NCBI GenBank assembly: GCA_009103225.1
Contig: RHPI01003491.1
Coordinates: 162,450 to 226,449 of the forward strand
Length of the DNA stretch: 64,000 nt
Direction: 5' to 3'
DNA from: Chlorokybus atmophyticus
Lineage: Eukaryota; Plantae; Mesostigma and Chlorokybus algae
This document shows, one piece after another, positions 12,303-23,440 of the stretch; position 1 is the stretch's first letter; each line of letters begins with the position of its first letter. A model generated the notes under the pieces. That model worked only from the letters and a program-made list of their open reading frames with translations. It was not told the DNA's origin and did not search any database. Both the position numbers and the translations under genes were made by a program.

Positions 12303-14173
12303 GCCTGTAGCAGGGCAGATGCAACTTGTAAATAGACATAACTTGTACATAGACACACACAGCAACAACAGCCTCCACAACAACAACAACAACTCCAACA
12401 AGAAAGCAACCAGATCACCTTGGCTTGCCTTGCTTGCAAGATGGATTGCCTTGCACTCCGCCTTGCATAGCGATACAACTGATTCGGCCAGGTTGCAAGT
12501 AGGATCACATAGCAAGCCAAGGCAATCAGCAAGCCAAGCCAACACTTATGCACAGCAGGAGTGGTAGAACACCAGAGATTACAACCACACACGTCTCAGC
12601 CTCACAGCGCAGGCCCAAGACAGGCGCGCTCAGCTCAGTATGTGATACACCCAATGTCTACTCCTTCCCACCAGCAGTTTGCATGCCGCCGCTCAACCAT
12701 CAACTCCTAGGCCTTGGCACCACACTCTGTGCGCTCACACCCCTGTGCACGCCTCCTGCACAGCGCCGCCGGCGCCAACCCTAACTTGCAGCACAACTAC
12801 CTGCTTGGCGCCAACATGGCGGCGTAGCTTAGCGCCAAAAAATAGCTGCATTAATTGGCTGCAAGACAAGCCTGTGATAGGCTGGCGCAGCACTGGGCCT
12901 ATTACAGGCTTGATAAGCTGCCAAGACAGCAAGGCTAACCCCGCCAACCCCTCACACCCTTCACAAGCGATAAGTGCTGCTAGCGCGCTGACAGCGCGTT
13001 CTGACCTTCCGAAATTAGGGGCAACTCACTTTTGAGGAGAGCCTCAAAATACCCCTATTTTGGCGTGCTGTATCTGGCGCGATACTGCGCCAAAAAATGC
13101 AAAAAAATAACCACTGTGTAGCCCTAAGCCTCAGCTACAATTCCTAGATATACATCACCGCCAAAACACGTACTTATTAGCCGCCACAACCTTAAAACCT
13201 CAAAAACCTCCGAAATTAGGCACTCTTACCCTAATATACAGCTGATACGAGCGGTTGCCTGTGTCAATACATGGGCATTGGACGTCGCACAGTGGTGACG
13301 TGTCGTCCACGCAGGCACGACGCCACGCGCGCGCCGACCGACCGCCACGTCTGATTGGCTGGCACGCTGAAAACGGCTGGACTGGGTCTGTTACGGTTTC
13401 TTCAAACCGGGTTCACTCCGTGGAGTGGATGTTCTGCCAACATGTCGTGTAGACTGCATGATGTAGTGTACTCTTATTCTTTTGCCCAAGGTTAGGGTAA
13501 CAATTTTTTTTTTGGGTGTTGCATTGCCATCGTCAGCACGCAACATTCACAAGGTATCAGGTGTGTGTTGGTAGAGAAGATAATGAATGCATTGGTAAAA
13601 TGGGTACGCGAGCACATGTGTTACTGTCGCTCATTGTGCCAGGAGCGAGCAACCGAAGTAAGCCCCCCTGCCCCCCACCCCCCCTCTGCATTAAAATCAT
13701 GTACGATAGCCATCAATTGATCATAAACCAAGCGAATGCACAACCTTCAGCGACTTTTACAATTGGTTGCAACTTGTTTTCGGATGCGGTTGAACCATGT
13801 CGCATCCGAAAACCCCTCCCCACTCCCTTGGGAACGGGGCGGGGGAGCATGATAAGGCCAATCAGGCCACACGCATTGTAGCTAATGATGTGCGTGTGTG
13901 GTAGTGAAGGTGGTCATGGTGCACCGTTCAATATTTCTGTACATATGCACGTGCGTGTTGCTTGCTCTAAAAGCATGGCGCCCCCCCTATCAATGCACGT
14001 AATGCTGATGATGGTGTCGTTACGTTACATGTATGTGGCACTATTTTGTTGATGCAGCTATCAACCCGTGGTTGGTCAATAACCAATTGCCACTTGTATG
14101 CCTTAAAGCATAATCGTCATGCATGATGTGTGCCGCGTGTGCACAACTATGTGCGCGTGCACACAGTTATGTA

Positions 14174-14392
14174 TGTCGTGCCTTATGAGCTTGTGCGTTA
14201 TGATGTCGGACCCCTTCGTCCTTACATGCTATGCATCTTTTGAGTGTATAGCTATGTGGGTGTAACAGTCACCCTGACCTTCGAACCTTACGCACTTGCA
14301 TTTGCAAATGGCAGAAATATGGTTCTTGCTCTGTGACTCATAACAAAGACTGTATGTATCATAGCCTTCTCATAAGTAAATGAGAATTAATA
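14174..14392. repeat. Repeat Y, copy 2 (219 bp), diverged direct repeat of 15654-15872
   Basis: Shared blocks such as tgtcgtgcctta.gagct..tgcgttatgatgtcggaccccttc and agtcaccctgacc, and cataagtaaa at the far end. Identity is roughly three quarters by eye. Confidence 0.9.
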
Positions 14393-15652
14393 AGCTGAAT
14401 GCAATTTGAAAGGATGTGTCACTTATGCCAGCATGTAAACTGCATAAGAGAGACAATGGCATGCGCACACTGAAGAATGAGAAATAACAACTGATGCAGC
14501 TAAGGGATCAATTGCATAGCGCAAGCAGTTAAGCACAAGTACATACAGCACTGATGCACATGTGCGTGAATACACTCAAGCAAAGCCAACATGTATACGC
14601 AAGCACAAAAGATCAGTTTCGCGGTATGGCAAAAAGCTGAGTTACTCCGGTTTTTACTTGAACACTTGCTGTCTCACTAAGGAAGTGTACAGCTGCACAT
14701 AAAATATATATATATATATATATATNNNNNNNNNNNNNNNNNNNNNNNNNNNNNNNNNNNNNNNNNNNNNNNNNNNNNNNNNNNNNNNNNNNNNNNNNNN
14801 NNNNNNNNNNNNNNNNNNNNNNNNNNNNNNNNNNNNNNNNNNNNNNNNNNNNNNNNNNNNNNNNNNNNNNNNNNNNNNNNNNNNNNNNNNNNNNNNNNNN
14901 NNNNNNNNNNNNNNNNNNNNNNNNNNNNNNNNNNNNNNNNNNNNNNNNNNNNNNNNNNNNNNNNNNNNNNNNNNNNNNNNNNNNNNNNNNNNNNNNNNNN
15001 NNNNNNNNNNNNNNNNNNNNNNNNNNNNNNNNNNNNNNNNNNNNNNNNNNNNNNNNNNNNNNNNNNNNNNNNNNNNNNNNNNNNNNNNNNNNNNNNNNNN
15101 NNNNNNNNNNNNNNNNNNNNNNNNNNNNNNNNNNNNNNNNNNNNNNNNNNNNNNNNNNNNNNNNNNNNNNNNNNNNNNNNNNNNNNNNNNNNNNNNNNNN
15201 NNNNNNNNNNNNNNNNNNNNNNNNNNNNNNNNNNNNNNNNNNNNNNNNNNNNNNNNNNNNNNNNNNNNNNNNNNNNNNNNNNNNNNNNNNNNNNNNNNNN
15301 NNATATATATATATATATATATATATGTCCGAGCTAGCAACTGGCAGTTACATTAGCAACTATTAGGCTATGGATTCGTAACGCCACGGCTGTCCTTCTT
15401 CGAAGCCTCCCGTTTCCTTGCGTCTGTTCAGCTGCATGCCGAGTTTCCCGCCATAATGTCCGCGTTCTTGTGCTTTAATCAGTTCGCGCCATGTCGGCGG
15501 CGCTTAGCCTTCCTCCGCTTGCCACGTTGCGCGACTAATGTAGTCCCTCGGGCTTGACTATTGTGGTTGATATATGCTTCCAACCAATGAGTGTACACTG
15601 GTTGTAAGAATCAGCCGAGGTCATTTGGTATTGAGGGTCCCTCGAATGACAG
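14393..15652. repeat. Repeat X, copy 2, interrupted by (TA)n and an assembly gap; diverged direct repeat of 22800-23440
   Basis: Shared blocks gctgaatgcaattt, agagacaatggcatgcgcacac.gaag.atgagaaataacaact, ttgaacacttgctgtct.actaaggaa.tgtacagctgcacata, tagcaactggcagttaca and tattgagggtccctcg. Confidence 0.9.
14726..15302. other. Assembly gap (N run) flanked by (TA)n; other gaps at 23648-23953, 28109-28473, 37141-37413 and 61269-61373
   Basis: N runs in the sequence, mostly flanked by (TA)n, (GA)n or poly-G. Confidence 0.99.
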
Positions 15653-15653
15653 C

Positions 15654-15872
15654 TGTCGTGCCTTACGAGCTCATGCGTTATGATGTCGGACCCCTTCATT
15701 ATTACATGCTATGCATTTATTAAAAGTATAGCTCTGTGGGTGTATTAGTCACCCTGACCATTGAAGCTTACGCATTCGCATTCACAAATGGCAAAAATAT
15801 GGTACACGCTCTGTAATCTATGACGCAGATTGTATGTATCCTAGCCTGCTCATAAGTAAAAGGGAATCAACA
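15654..15872. repeat. Repeat Y, copy 1; starts with TG directly after the PPT on the minus strand (probable U3 start of the 3' LTR)
   Basis: Minus strand reads ...CCAGGGGGGTAGCA|TGTTGATTCCC...; homologous to 14174-14392. Confidence 0.85.
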
Positions 15873-15949
15873 TGCTACCCCCCTGGCAAACCCATTGTCC
15901 CTCAAAGGGTTGAACCGTTCTGGTCCTCACTCGTCGTTGGCGGGCTCCC

Positions 15950-17230
15950 CAAAGGCAGCCTTGCATTGGTCACAGAACCACTCATCATCGGGTACAGCGT
16001 CCAATGGCTGCAAAAAAACAGAAAATGCCATCCCTCCTGGCACGCGTCACACAACAGCATCACGTTGTCGTGGGCAACGCTGCCACGTCCTTCACAGCGC
16101 TGACTGCGTAAGGGGTGGAAGGTCCTGTTGCTTGTGTTGTTGTCATCTTCCATTATGGGTAAACGGCATGGGGCACACTTCTTTATGTGATCTTTCATGG
16201 TAGCACCGATGCGATCTACCAACTCCAACACGCCCTCCGGTAGGACCTTCTTGACCTTGAAGATTTGCCGACCAGTCCCCACCTGTAGGGTGTTTTGAGT
16301 GGCGCGCTGTCGATAGACATAGTCTCCTGCTTTGAACTTGCGGATGCGTGGTTGGTAAAACCCGCTGCGCACCCGCTCATACCGCCCGGTGTCGCGATGA
16401 TGCGCGAATCGCAAGATGGCCATGGCCATGGGCATCAGCCGCTTGAACAGCTCCATGCGCAGATGGAAAGCAGCTAGCATGGTGGCCGGTGTCTCAACGC
16501 TCACCACTTGTCCCACTTGCCATCAAACACGCAGAGGGAGCAATGGTTCTCTGCCAAACAGGAGGAAGTATGGACTAAATGATCGTAGCGCCGCTTGTCG
16601 GGTACACCGATAGCCCAAGGCCAGCTATGGCAGCGCCAAATCTCAGTCACAGTTGTTGAGTTGTAGACAGTACTTACGTAAAGCCTTCTTCACGGTTTAC
16701 ACCATGCGCTGCCAATCCATCTGCTTGCGGGTGATAATGCGAGGTACGCCGGTGGTCAATGCAAGCTTTCAAGAGGAGCTTGTCAAACTCACCTTTAACC
16801 TCAGTCTCTTGGTCTGTAAGGACCTCAACACATGCTCTGAATTGGCTGAGCACATTATCGAGGAAAGCGCGAGACACGCCCTCACAACTCTTGTCCTATT
16901 ATGGTATTAGCTCGATCCACTTAAAAAAGTGCTCCACCATCACAAGAATGCAACGATGTTACCGTGCCGACATTAATAGCTCTCTTGCAATATCCAAACT
17001 CCATCGATAAATAACCCTGAATGGGTAAGGGGTGTAGCTGTATGCTGCGTGTGATAAAGATTGCCTTGACTCTGTTATAGCTGACGCAGTTTGCCACCAC
17101 TTCTTCTACAGAGGCTGTTATTCCATACCACCAGCAGGTGGTCTGCACCAAGCTCAAGGTGTGCTTGGCTTCAAAGTGCCCCAGCTCTTTATGCAAGGTC
17201 TTGACAGTGGTCTCACGTTCTGCGGGTGGT
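15950..17230 (-). pseudogene. Gypsy integrase remnant (HHCC zinc finger, rve core, C-terminal region, PHD finger)
   Basis: LHKELGHFEAKHTLSLVQTTCWWYGITASVEEVVANCVSYNRVK; VLTDQETEVKGEFDKLL...DHRRTSHYHPQADGLA; RKFKAGDYVY...GVLEL...CAPC; MLLCDACQEGWH...LDAVPDDEWFCDQC (frameshifted). Confidence 0.88.
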
Positions 17231-17539
17231 GGCCCATGTCGCGTCCTTGTTTGGATCCTCCCTGCAAGACCCCATCCTTCCATGAGTACCATTGTGCGCG
17301 GTGCTGAATGCGGTTCTTCTCTCTGGTTAACAGTGCGACATGTCTTTGTCCTATGTGCAGGTGCTGTATACATCAGCATATGCCCATGTATCCAGATCGG
17401 TGGTGCTGATGTCCACGCAGCTATCCGCAAGTTCCTCCATTGCGATGCCCGCTTCTGCTGAGGTAGCAAGTTATGTAGAGGCCATCAAGGCTGCCACATG
17501 ATCATGACGTGCTGCAGTGTGGTCCCTATTGCCGTTTAG

Positions 17540-17900
17540 GGTTATGGCTGAGCGCATCGGCGTCCATGTTTTCGACCCCCGCCTTGTGCTCAGTATCAAA
17601 AATAAACTCTTGTAGCATGAGGGCCCACCTGGCGTGTTTACCGATGAGTCTTTGGTTGGTCATGACTCATGACCCGTGCTCGAAGCCACTTCAGCGATTT
17701 ATAGTCCGTGAGCAACTTGAATGTCCTATTAAACAGGAGGGGTCGGAAGTAAGCATTGGCCCATACCGCGGCAAGGCACTCTCCATTATAATGCTGTAGT
17801 TTACTTCTGCTGTATTGTTGCTGCAGCTTGCATAGGCAACTACATATTCCTTCATGTCATCGTCTTCACCGGTAGAAATGGGTTTCGGCAAGTTAGGCTG
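17540..17900 (-). pseudogene. Gypsy RNase H remnant
   Basis: DDDMKEYVVAYASCSNNTAEVNYS, followed in another frame by KHARWALMLQEFIFDTEHKAGVENMDADALSHNP. Confidence 0.85.
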
Positions 17901-19309
17901 GATCTGCAACTGTGTGATGGACGGAGCTGGACATAAATTGCGAAGTACGTAAAATTCATGGCGGATCCATGTATATGTTATGACTGTAGCCGAAATATTG
18001 TTATAACCTGTCACAAACGGCACTCCGCTGGTGACGATGGTAAGCACCGGATCCTCAACAACGTTGAGGATTCGGCGTTAACGTAAATAAAGGTTTAAGT
18101 CGTGAGAAAGGCATGTGTAAATCGTGATTACAGTTGTAACCAAATTATTAACAATGCAACTATACTCCCCAACGCAATTGAGGACGCGGCGACAGTATAA
18201 AAGTGCATTGACGCTGCATGCTAAAGCTATACACGTCATCATGTACGTTGTGATCGATTTCATTAATAGTATACTAATGTATACTTTACAAGGTGTGTTT
18301 TATGATTATTACTTTGCACTGGTACAAACCCTAATGATTTCATGACCTCATCTTTGCCAAGATGCCCGCGGCCTATCTATGGCTTGCCCCGCGGCCTGCT
18401 AGTAGCTGGCCGCAGGGCAAGCAAGTACATGTAGAAGGCTGCTACTTGCATGTGCTATGATTAGTACTAGCACATGAGTTAAAGACTCAACTCACCGCAA
18501 GCAACCTTGCCAAAACAGGTGACGCAGGGAACTCAATGCAAACATCTGTCAGTTATAAAGCGCGATTGGACGGGACGGCAGGTCTAACACATTCTTCATT
18601 TCCAAGTCACCTACATCTCCGTAATGTCCTTTACGATTATGTATTAAGAATAAAAACACAGATAGCGGTAGCCGCATATACATAAACGGCTACCGGCTTA
18701 TAGATGTATATACATGTATGCATATATATACTGTATACATACGTATATGTATATGTATATGTAAACATACGTACATATATATATACATGTATGTATATAT
18801 ATATATATATATGCTATATCCATGCATGCAATCCATTCAACAATTCATGCGGCACGTGAGACAATTGAGGCAGCTTAAAGTGGTGATAATAGTTACACTT
18901 GCCATGTAGTGTGTCTTTTGTCGTTGCAGTCTAATCGGTCAGGGTTTCGGTCGTTGGTCGTTGCTTGCAAGCCCAGTAGCCACATCCGCACAGGTCCGAA
19001 ACCGGACGACGTAGTCGTTAATCCCGCTGCCTTGCGACCTTTTGGGTTTTTGCCGCAAACTGCGGCCATAACATTTTGGGGTTTGGTCACGCATTAAGTT
19101 TGATCGCCTTGATACATAATCTAACCATAAAATAGAACATGATGTGGACATTATTCACTTCAAGAAAAGACGGATACCGAACTTAATGCACACCAACTAT
19201 TTGACCTTAATCGCAGCCACATACCGAACTAAGTTGGGGCTGCAGTAGGTAAAAGTGCAAAATCCGATACATTGCTTACATGCGGATCCCTAGTTAAGTT
19301 ATAGCTAGA

Positions 19310-19800
19310 TCTCCAAGTGCTCTGAAGGTGTCCGGCTGAACACCAGGATGTCATCTATGTAACAGCGTGCAAAGGTGAGCCCCTTTAGCACCCTATCCAT
19401 CACTCTTTACAACTTGGCTGGGGACTTTGACCCGAATGGCACGACTTTCCAATGATATAGTTGACTATTACTCAAAAGGTTGTTTTTGGTTTATCTTAAT
19501 CCTTGATCTCTATTTGATTATACCCTTGTCTCACATCCAGGATAGAAAAATAGCTGCAACTTTCGATGTCGTCAAAGAGCTGTTAGGAGTCGGCATTAGG
19601 TATCCGTTTTGGTTGTGGCTGTTGAGCGGGCAATAGTCCACACATCCTCATTTCTGTCCAGTTGCCATCCGATTCCTTCTTAAAAAGCATGACTGTAGCT
19701 GCTGCAAAATTTGATGCTGACTCTTCCATGAATCCTGCTTCCGATGCTAAATTGAGGTCTCCACTTGTCAAAGAGTTGAGTAAGTCCCTTCCGCTGTTCA
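19310..19800 (-). pseudogene. Gypsy reverse transcriptase remnant
   Basis: AGFMEESASNFAAATVMLFKK...EMRM, VDYCPLN, YHWKVVPFG, and ARCYIDDILVFS with YIDD at 19350-19361. Stops and frameshifts are present. Confidence 0.9.
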
Positions 19801-20769
19801 GGAGTGGCAATGTCTCCAATGCTCCATCCTCACTCAATTTGGACAGGTGCATTGGGTGGTAAGTCCAGTGCTTCCTCCATTTCACCCAAATGGCGAGCTG
19901 AGCTGCAACTGCCTCATCGCTGTCTTTTTCCCTGCTTCAACCCCCCAACCCGATGATGCCTCGGCCGCCGTAATGGCGTCCTTGCAGTGTGAATGCAGCA
20001 TTGATGAGCTAGGTCATGCTGTTCTGATCCATCGTGCGCTCGAAGATGTTGCAACACTGTCCATCGGTCAACTCCACACACAGAAAGATGGCCCCTAGTT
20101 ACTCTCAATGATGTGCTGCTGCCATGCGGGCGTGGTTATCTGGGTCGCAATAGTACTACTTGTGGACGGTGAGGCCGCAGTCGAGAATTGCTGCCAACCT
20201 CCCTGACATGCCGCTAAATGATTCCAATACAATCAACCCCCAAACCCCCTTGTCGCGCATAAACGGCACTATCTCAGTGGCGAGGTGCTCGTCGGTGGGT
20301 TAAATCAACCATGGGCAAGCCCACGGCACCACGCTAGGGTTGAATTGCACTGCTGCGTGCGCGAGTGTTGCTAAGCATTGTCGTCGCACGCCGAGTGCCT
20401 GTCGCGCATGCTCTCGTATCAGAATGGGTGTAGGGACCTTGATGACAGGTCAACTAATGTTGCCAATGCCAGCCTACTTCCTGGGTCCCATAGAATCCCC
20501 CCATCCTCTGTGGCCGTTGCTGTCATGAGCATAGTGGCTACCACCTTGGTGTCGGTGTCCACCGTAGCGATGGCTGCTACAGCAACGGATGCTGACAGAT
20601 GCAACTTTTCTAAAGGCACCACATATGGTGCTAAGGTGCGTTGTCTGCGCGCCTCCATTGCTTTGGTTTGCTGACAGCCTCTTGGGTACATGCGTAGCGG
20701 AAACTGTGCATGTTGATGCTGAGTGCCGTAGGCTTTAAAGTGCGCCATGTCTGTCCACTAGGCACCATG

Positions 20770-22600
20770 CTTCGCTACCCATGAGCAAATCGTACCCCGC
20801 CTTGATCACCGAGCATTGTGTGCATATGGCAATGCGATCAGCGCGTTGTGTCCCCACCAAGATGATTGTCAACTTTTGCTTCGTCCATCCTTGCACAAAG
20901 TCACGTGCGCCTGTGGCAATGGTGATGACGTATGGACAAGGCTTGAGCCCGTTGGCGGTAAGGCCTAAGCCTCTACTGCGTGCCGCCCCAAAATTGTGGG
21001 CTAGCCCCTGTGTTAAACATGTTCTGAGGCAAATCCGTCCACCAGTACGTGTGCGGTGGTGTTGTCTACCATAGCAGTTTTGGGAATAAGACTTTCAGCT
21101 CCCGCCGCCGTGTGTCGTGTTGTAAACCCACCGCTACATCCTTACCTTTTCTGCCAGCCACTCGACGCTGTTCCCCTTGTTGGGTGTTGCGGCATACTTC
21201 TGCGGCGGTGGCGCGTACAAATGCTTCCCTCCACTCGTGCAGTTTGCATTCTTCTGCTGGCGTGTGTGGCCCGGGTTGTCTTGCTATTGCCTGCAGGTCC
21301 TCTATCTCTTGATCCATGGTTTGATGAAGGTCGCCAGCATCTCTAGCTCCGTGGGTCGCATGGTGCCCAGGCCTTGCCGTATCTTTCTGGCAAATTCCCC
21401 TTCATCCACAGCGCGATATAGTTCCATTCACGTCAACACCTCCGTCGGTGGAGGTTGGTCCGGCCGCCGCGCCATCTCTGCTTGCCGCACGTGCAGCGCT
21501 GTTGGTCATACTGTCTATCGTCTCTATCGCTGCAGCTCACCTCTATCCTCCCAAAAGCATTCGTCAGGCCAATTCACGATGGCTGATATCATGAACCTCG
21601 CTGGACATACACTGCATTGCGTCGGTCTTTGCCCAAAGAATTTGCCAGAATGTGTGCATACCGTCCATTCCTCAGCTCGCTTACTTTTAAGTTCCGCTGC
21701 GTGAATGCTGCTGGTGAGTTGGGCAGCGCATACATTGGGTAAGGGTCTGGTGTCCGCAACCCTGAGGGTGTGTCATGATTAGGGTTAGCTGCATAGAATT
21801 CTCGTGCATACGTGCGCGTTGTGGCCTGCCGTAACAACCACGCGCGCCACAATGGCACTCCGAATAATCGAATCCGATGGGTGGCAAGGACTTCACCACA
21901 AAAGGCCATGGTCAGCGTATGTGCGCTCATGTATGGTTCCACCCCTAGCTCCACTTTCAATAGTGCCATGACTGGTACCACGGGTTTATGGAGGAAGGCT
22001 GTGTCCGTGCCGGTGTAATCCTGCAACTGCTGCAACAATGACGCATGTTCTTCACGCTCAGGATCTTCTTCTCCTTGTTGCAGCCGTGCATCTTGCAAGT
22101 CCACCATCACATTAATAGGGAACATCTCGATCCATGACGGTCGTCTTATAGGTGCTGGTATCTGCTGGCGTATTTGCATCTGGTATTGACGCAAAGTGAA
22201 CGGGGCCTGCAGCATCCGATAGCATGGGATGACACGTGGTGCAAAGGGTGGGCTAAGCTCTAGCAGCTGCGTGTATGTGTCTTTTGCATGTTTGCCACCT
22301 GTATGGCTGCTTCCCGTACCAACATAGCCTCATATGAAGCGTGTTACTGGAGGTGCCCCTTCAGCTTGTGCATGTTTTTGGTAGGTGGTGAGCGGTGCCA
22401 TGGGTGTCCTTATCATCCCTTCCAACACCCTATGTCGTTGTGCCGTAGTCACCGCTCCATCACTGAACAGACAGTACCTCATCAGCTGGTCGTAGTCGCG
22501 CGTGAATTGCACCTGTCGTATAGCTATGGCGCATGGTTCTTCCAACTGTGTTATTTGTAGGTGAAGTGCTCCTTCCTCATTTAGCGGCGCTCATGCCACC
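20770..22600 (-). pseudogene. Retroelement aspartic protease remnant (about 20770-21050) and upstream gag-like fragments
   Basis: NTGAS (degenerate DTGA), GLGLTANGLKPCPYVITIATG and YDLLMGS resemble protease motifs. The upstream ORF fragments (21066-21317, 21589-22215) are called gag-like only by position. Confidence 0.6.
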
Positions 22601-22799
22601 TCTCTAAAGTCCTGTCGGCTGTCTGCTAGCTGCTCTTGCAGCTTTGGTACTATGGTGGTGAAAGAGTCCCTTCTTGTGGTAGTGGAGCATGAACTCCCCT
22701 GCCCGTAGCAAGAACCTGACCTCTAGTATTGACATTCACCCTGCAGGTTTAGCTACGACACAAGCGTTTTTTCTCCAGCAGTGAGACAGCAAGTCAACA

Positions 22800-23440
22800 G
22801 GCTGAATGCAATTTAAACGGCTGTACCAATCAAACTGCCAGCTTGTGAACTTGCACAAGAGAGACAATGGCATGCGCACACCGAAGGATGAGAAATAACA
22901 ACTCATGCAGCAAAGGGATTAAAGGCACAGCGCAAGCATCAAGCACAAGTACATATAGTACTAGTGCGCATGTGCGTAAATACACTCAAGCAAAGCAACA
23001 AGCATAAGCAAGTACAGAAAGGATTAGACCCATGGAATGGCAGAAAACGGGGTTACTCCGGTTCCACTTGAACACTTGCTGTCTTACTAAGGAACTGTAC
23101 AGCTGCACATAGTACATATATCCGAGGTAGCAACTGGCAGTTACACTAGCAACCATTAGGCTAAGGATCTGTACGCCACGGCCGTCCTTCTTCAAGCCTC
23201 CCGCACTTCCTTGCGCTTGTTCAGCTGCTTGCCGAGTTTCTCGCCATAATGTCCGCGGTCTTGTGCTTTTGTCAGTCCGCCATGTCGGCGGCGCTTGGCC
23301 TTCCTCCGTCTGCCATGTTGTGCTACTAATGCAGTTCCTGGGGATCGGCTACTGCGGTCAATATATGCTTCTGACTTATCTGTGCATACTGCCTGTAAGA
23401 ATAAGTCGAGATCATTTGTTATTGAGGGTCCCTCGCATGA
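22800..23440. repeat. Repeat X, copy 1 (5' side of the retroelement)
   Basis: Homologous to 14393-15652 without the (TA)n expansion. Confidence 0.9.

Larger units (their letters stand above)
9215..13231 (+). mobile_element. pogo/Fot1-like (Tc1-mariner superfamily, DD35D) DNA transposon, apparently full length
   Basis: The 23-bp TIRs are GGGTAAAGGTGCCTAACTTCGGA (9215-9237) and revcomp GGGTAAGAGTGCCTAATTTCGGA (13209-13231), 20/23 identical. TA lies on both sides (9213-14, 13232-33). An internal spliced transposase is present. Confidence 0.93.
14174..23440 (-). mobile_element. Degenerate Ty3/Gypsy retrotransposon (PR-RT-RH-INT order, PHD finger at integrase C-terminus) with diverged terminal repeats
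   Basis: Fragmented minus-strand domains in Gypsy order (see sub-features). A polypurine tract AGGGGGG-TAGCA at about 15873-15884 directly precedes TGTTGA at 15872. Diverged repeats occur at 14174-15872 and 22800-23440. There are many stops and frameshifts. Confidence 0.85.

Noticed and set aside
14174-15872. CRISPR-like or short spaced repeat array
   Set aside because: The repeats are hundreds of bp long, diverged and only two-copy. No short repeat-spacer array was seen anywhere in the window.
18040-19300. Helitron
   Set aside because: Hairpins exist, but none is followed by CTRR at the expected distance, and no 5' TC at an A|T site could be fixed.
14174-23440. Classification as a DIRS/PAT/Ngaro tyrosine-recombinase retroelement
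   Set aside because: The repeat geometry fits, but a protease, an HHCC/rve DDE integrase and a PPT are present and no tyrosine recombinase motif was seen.
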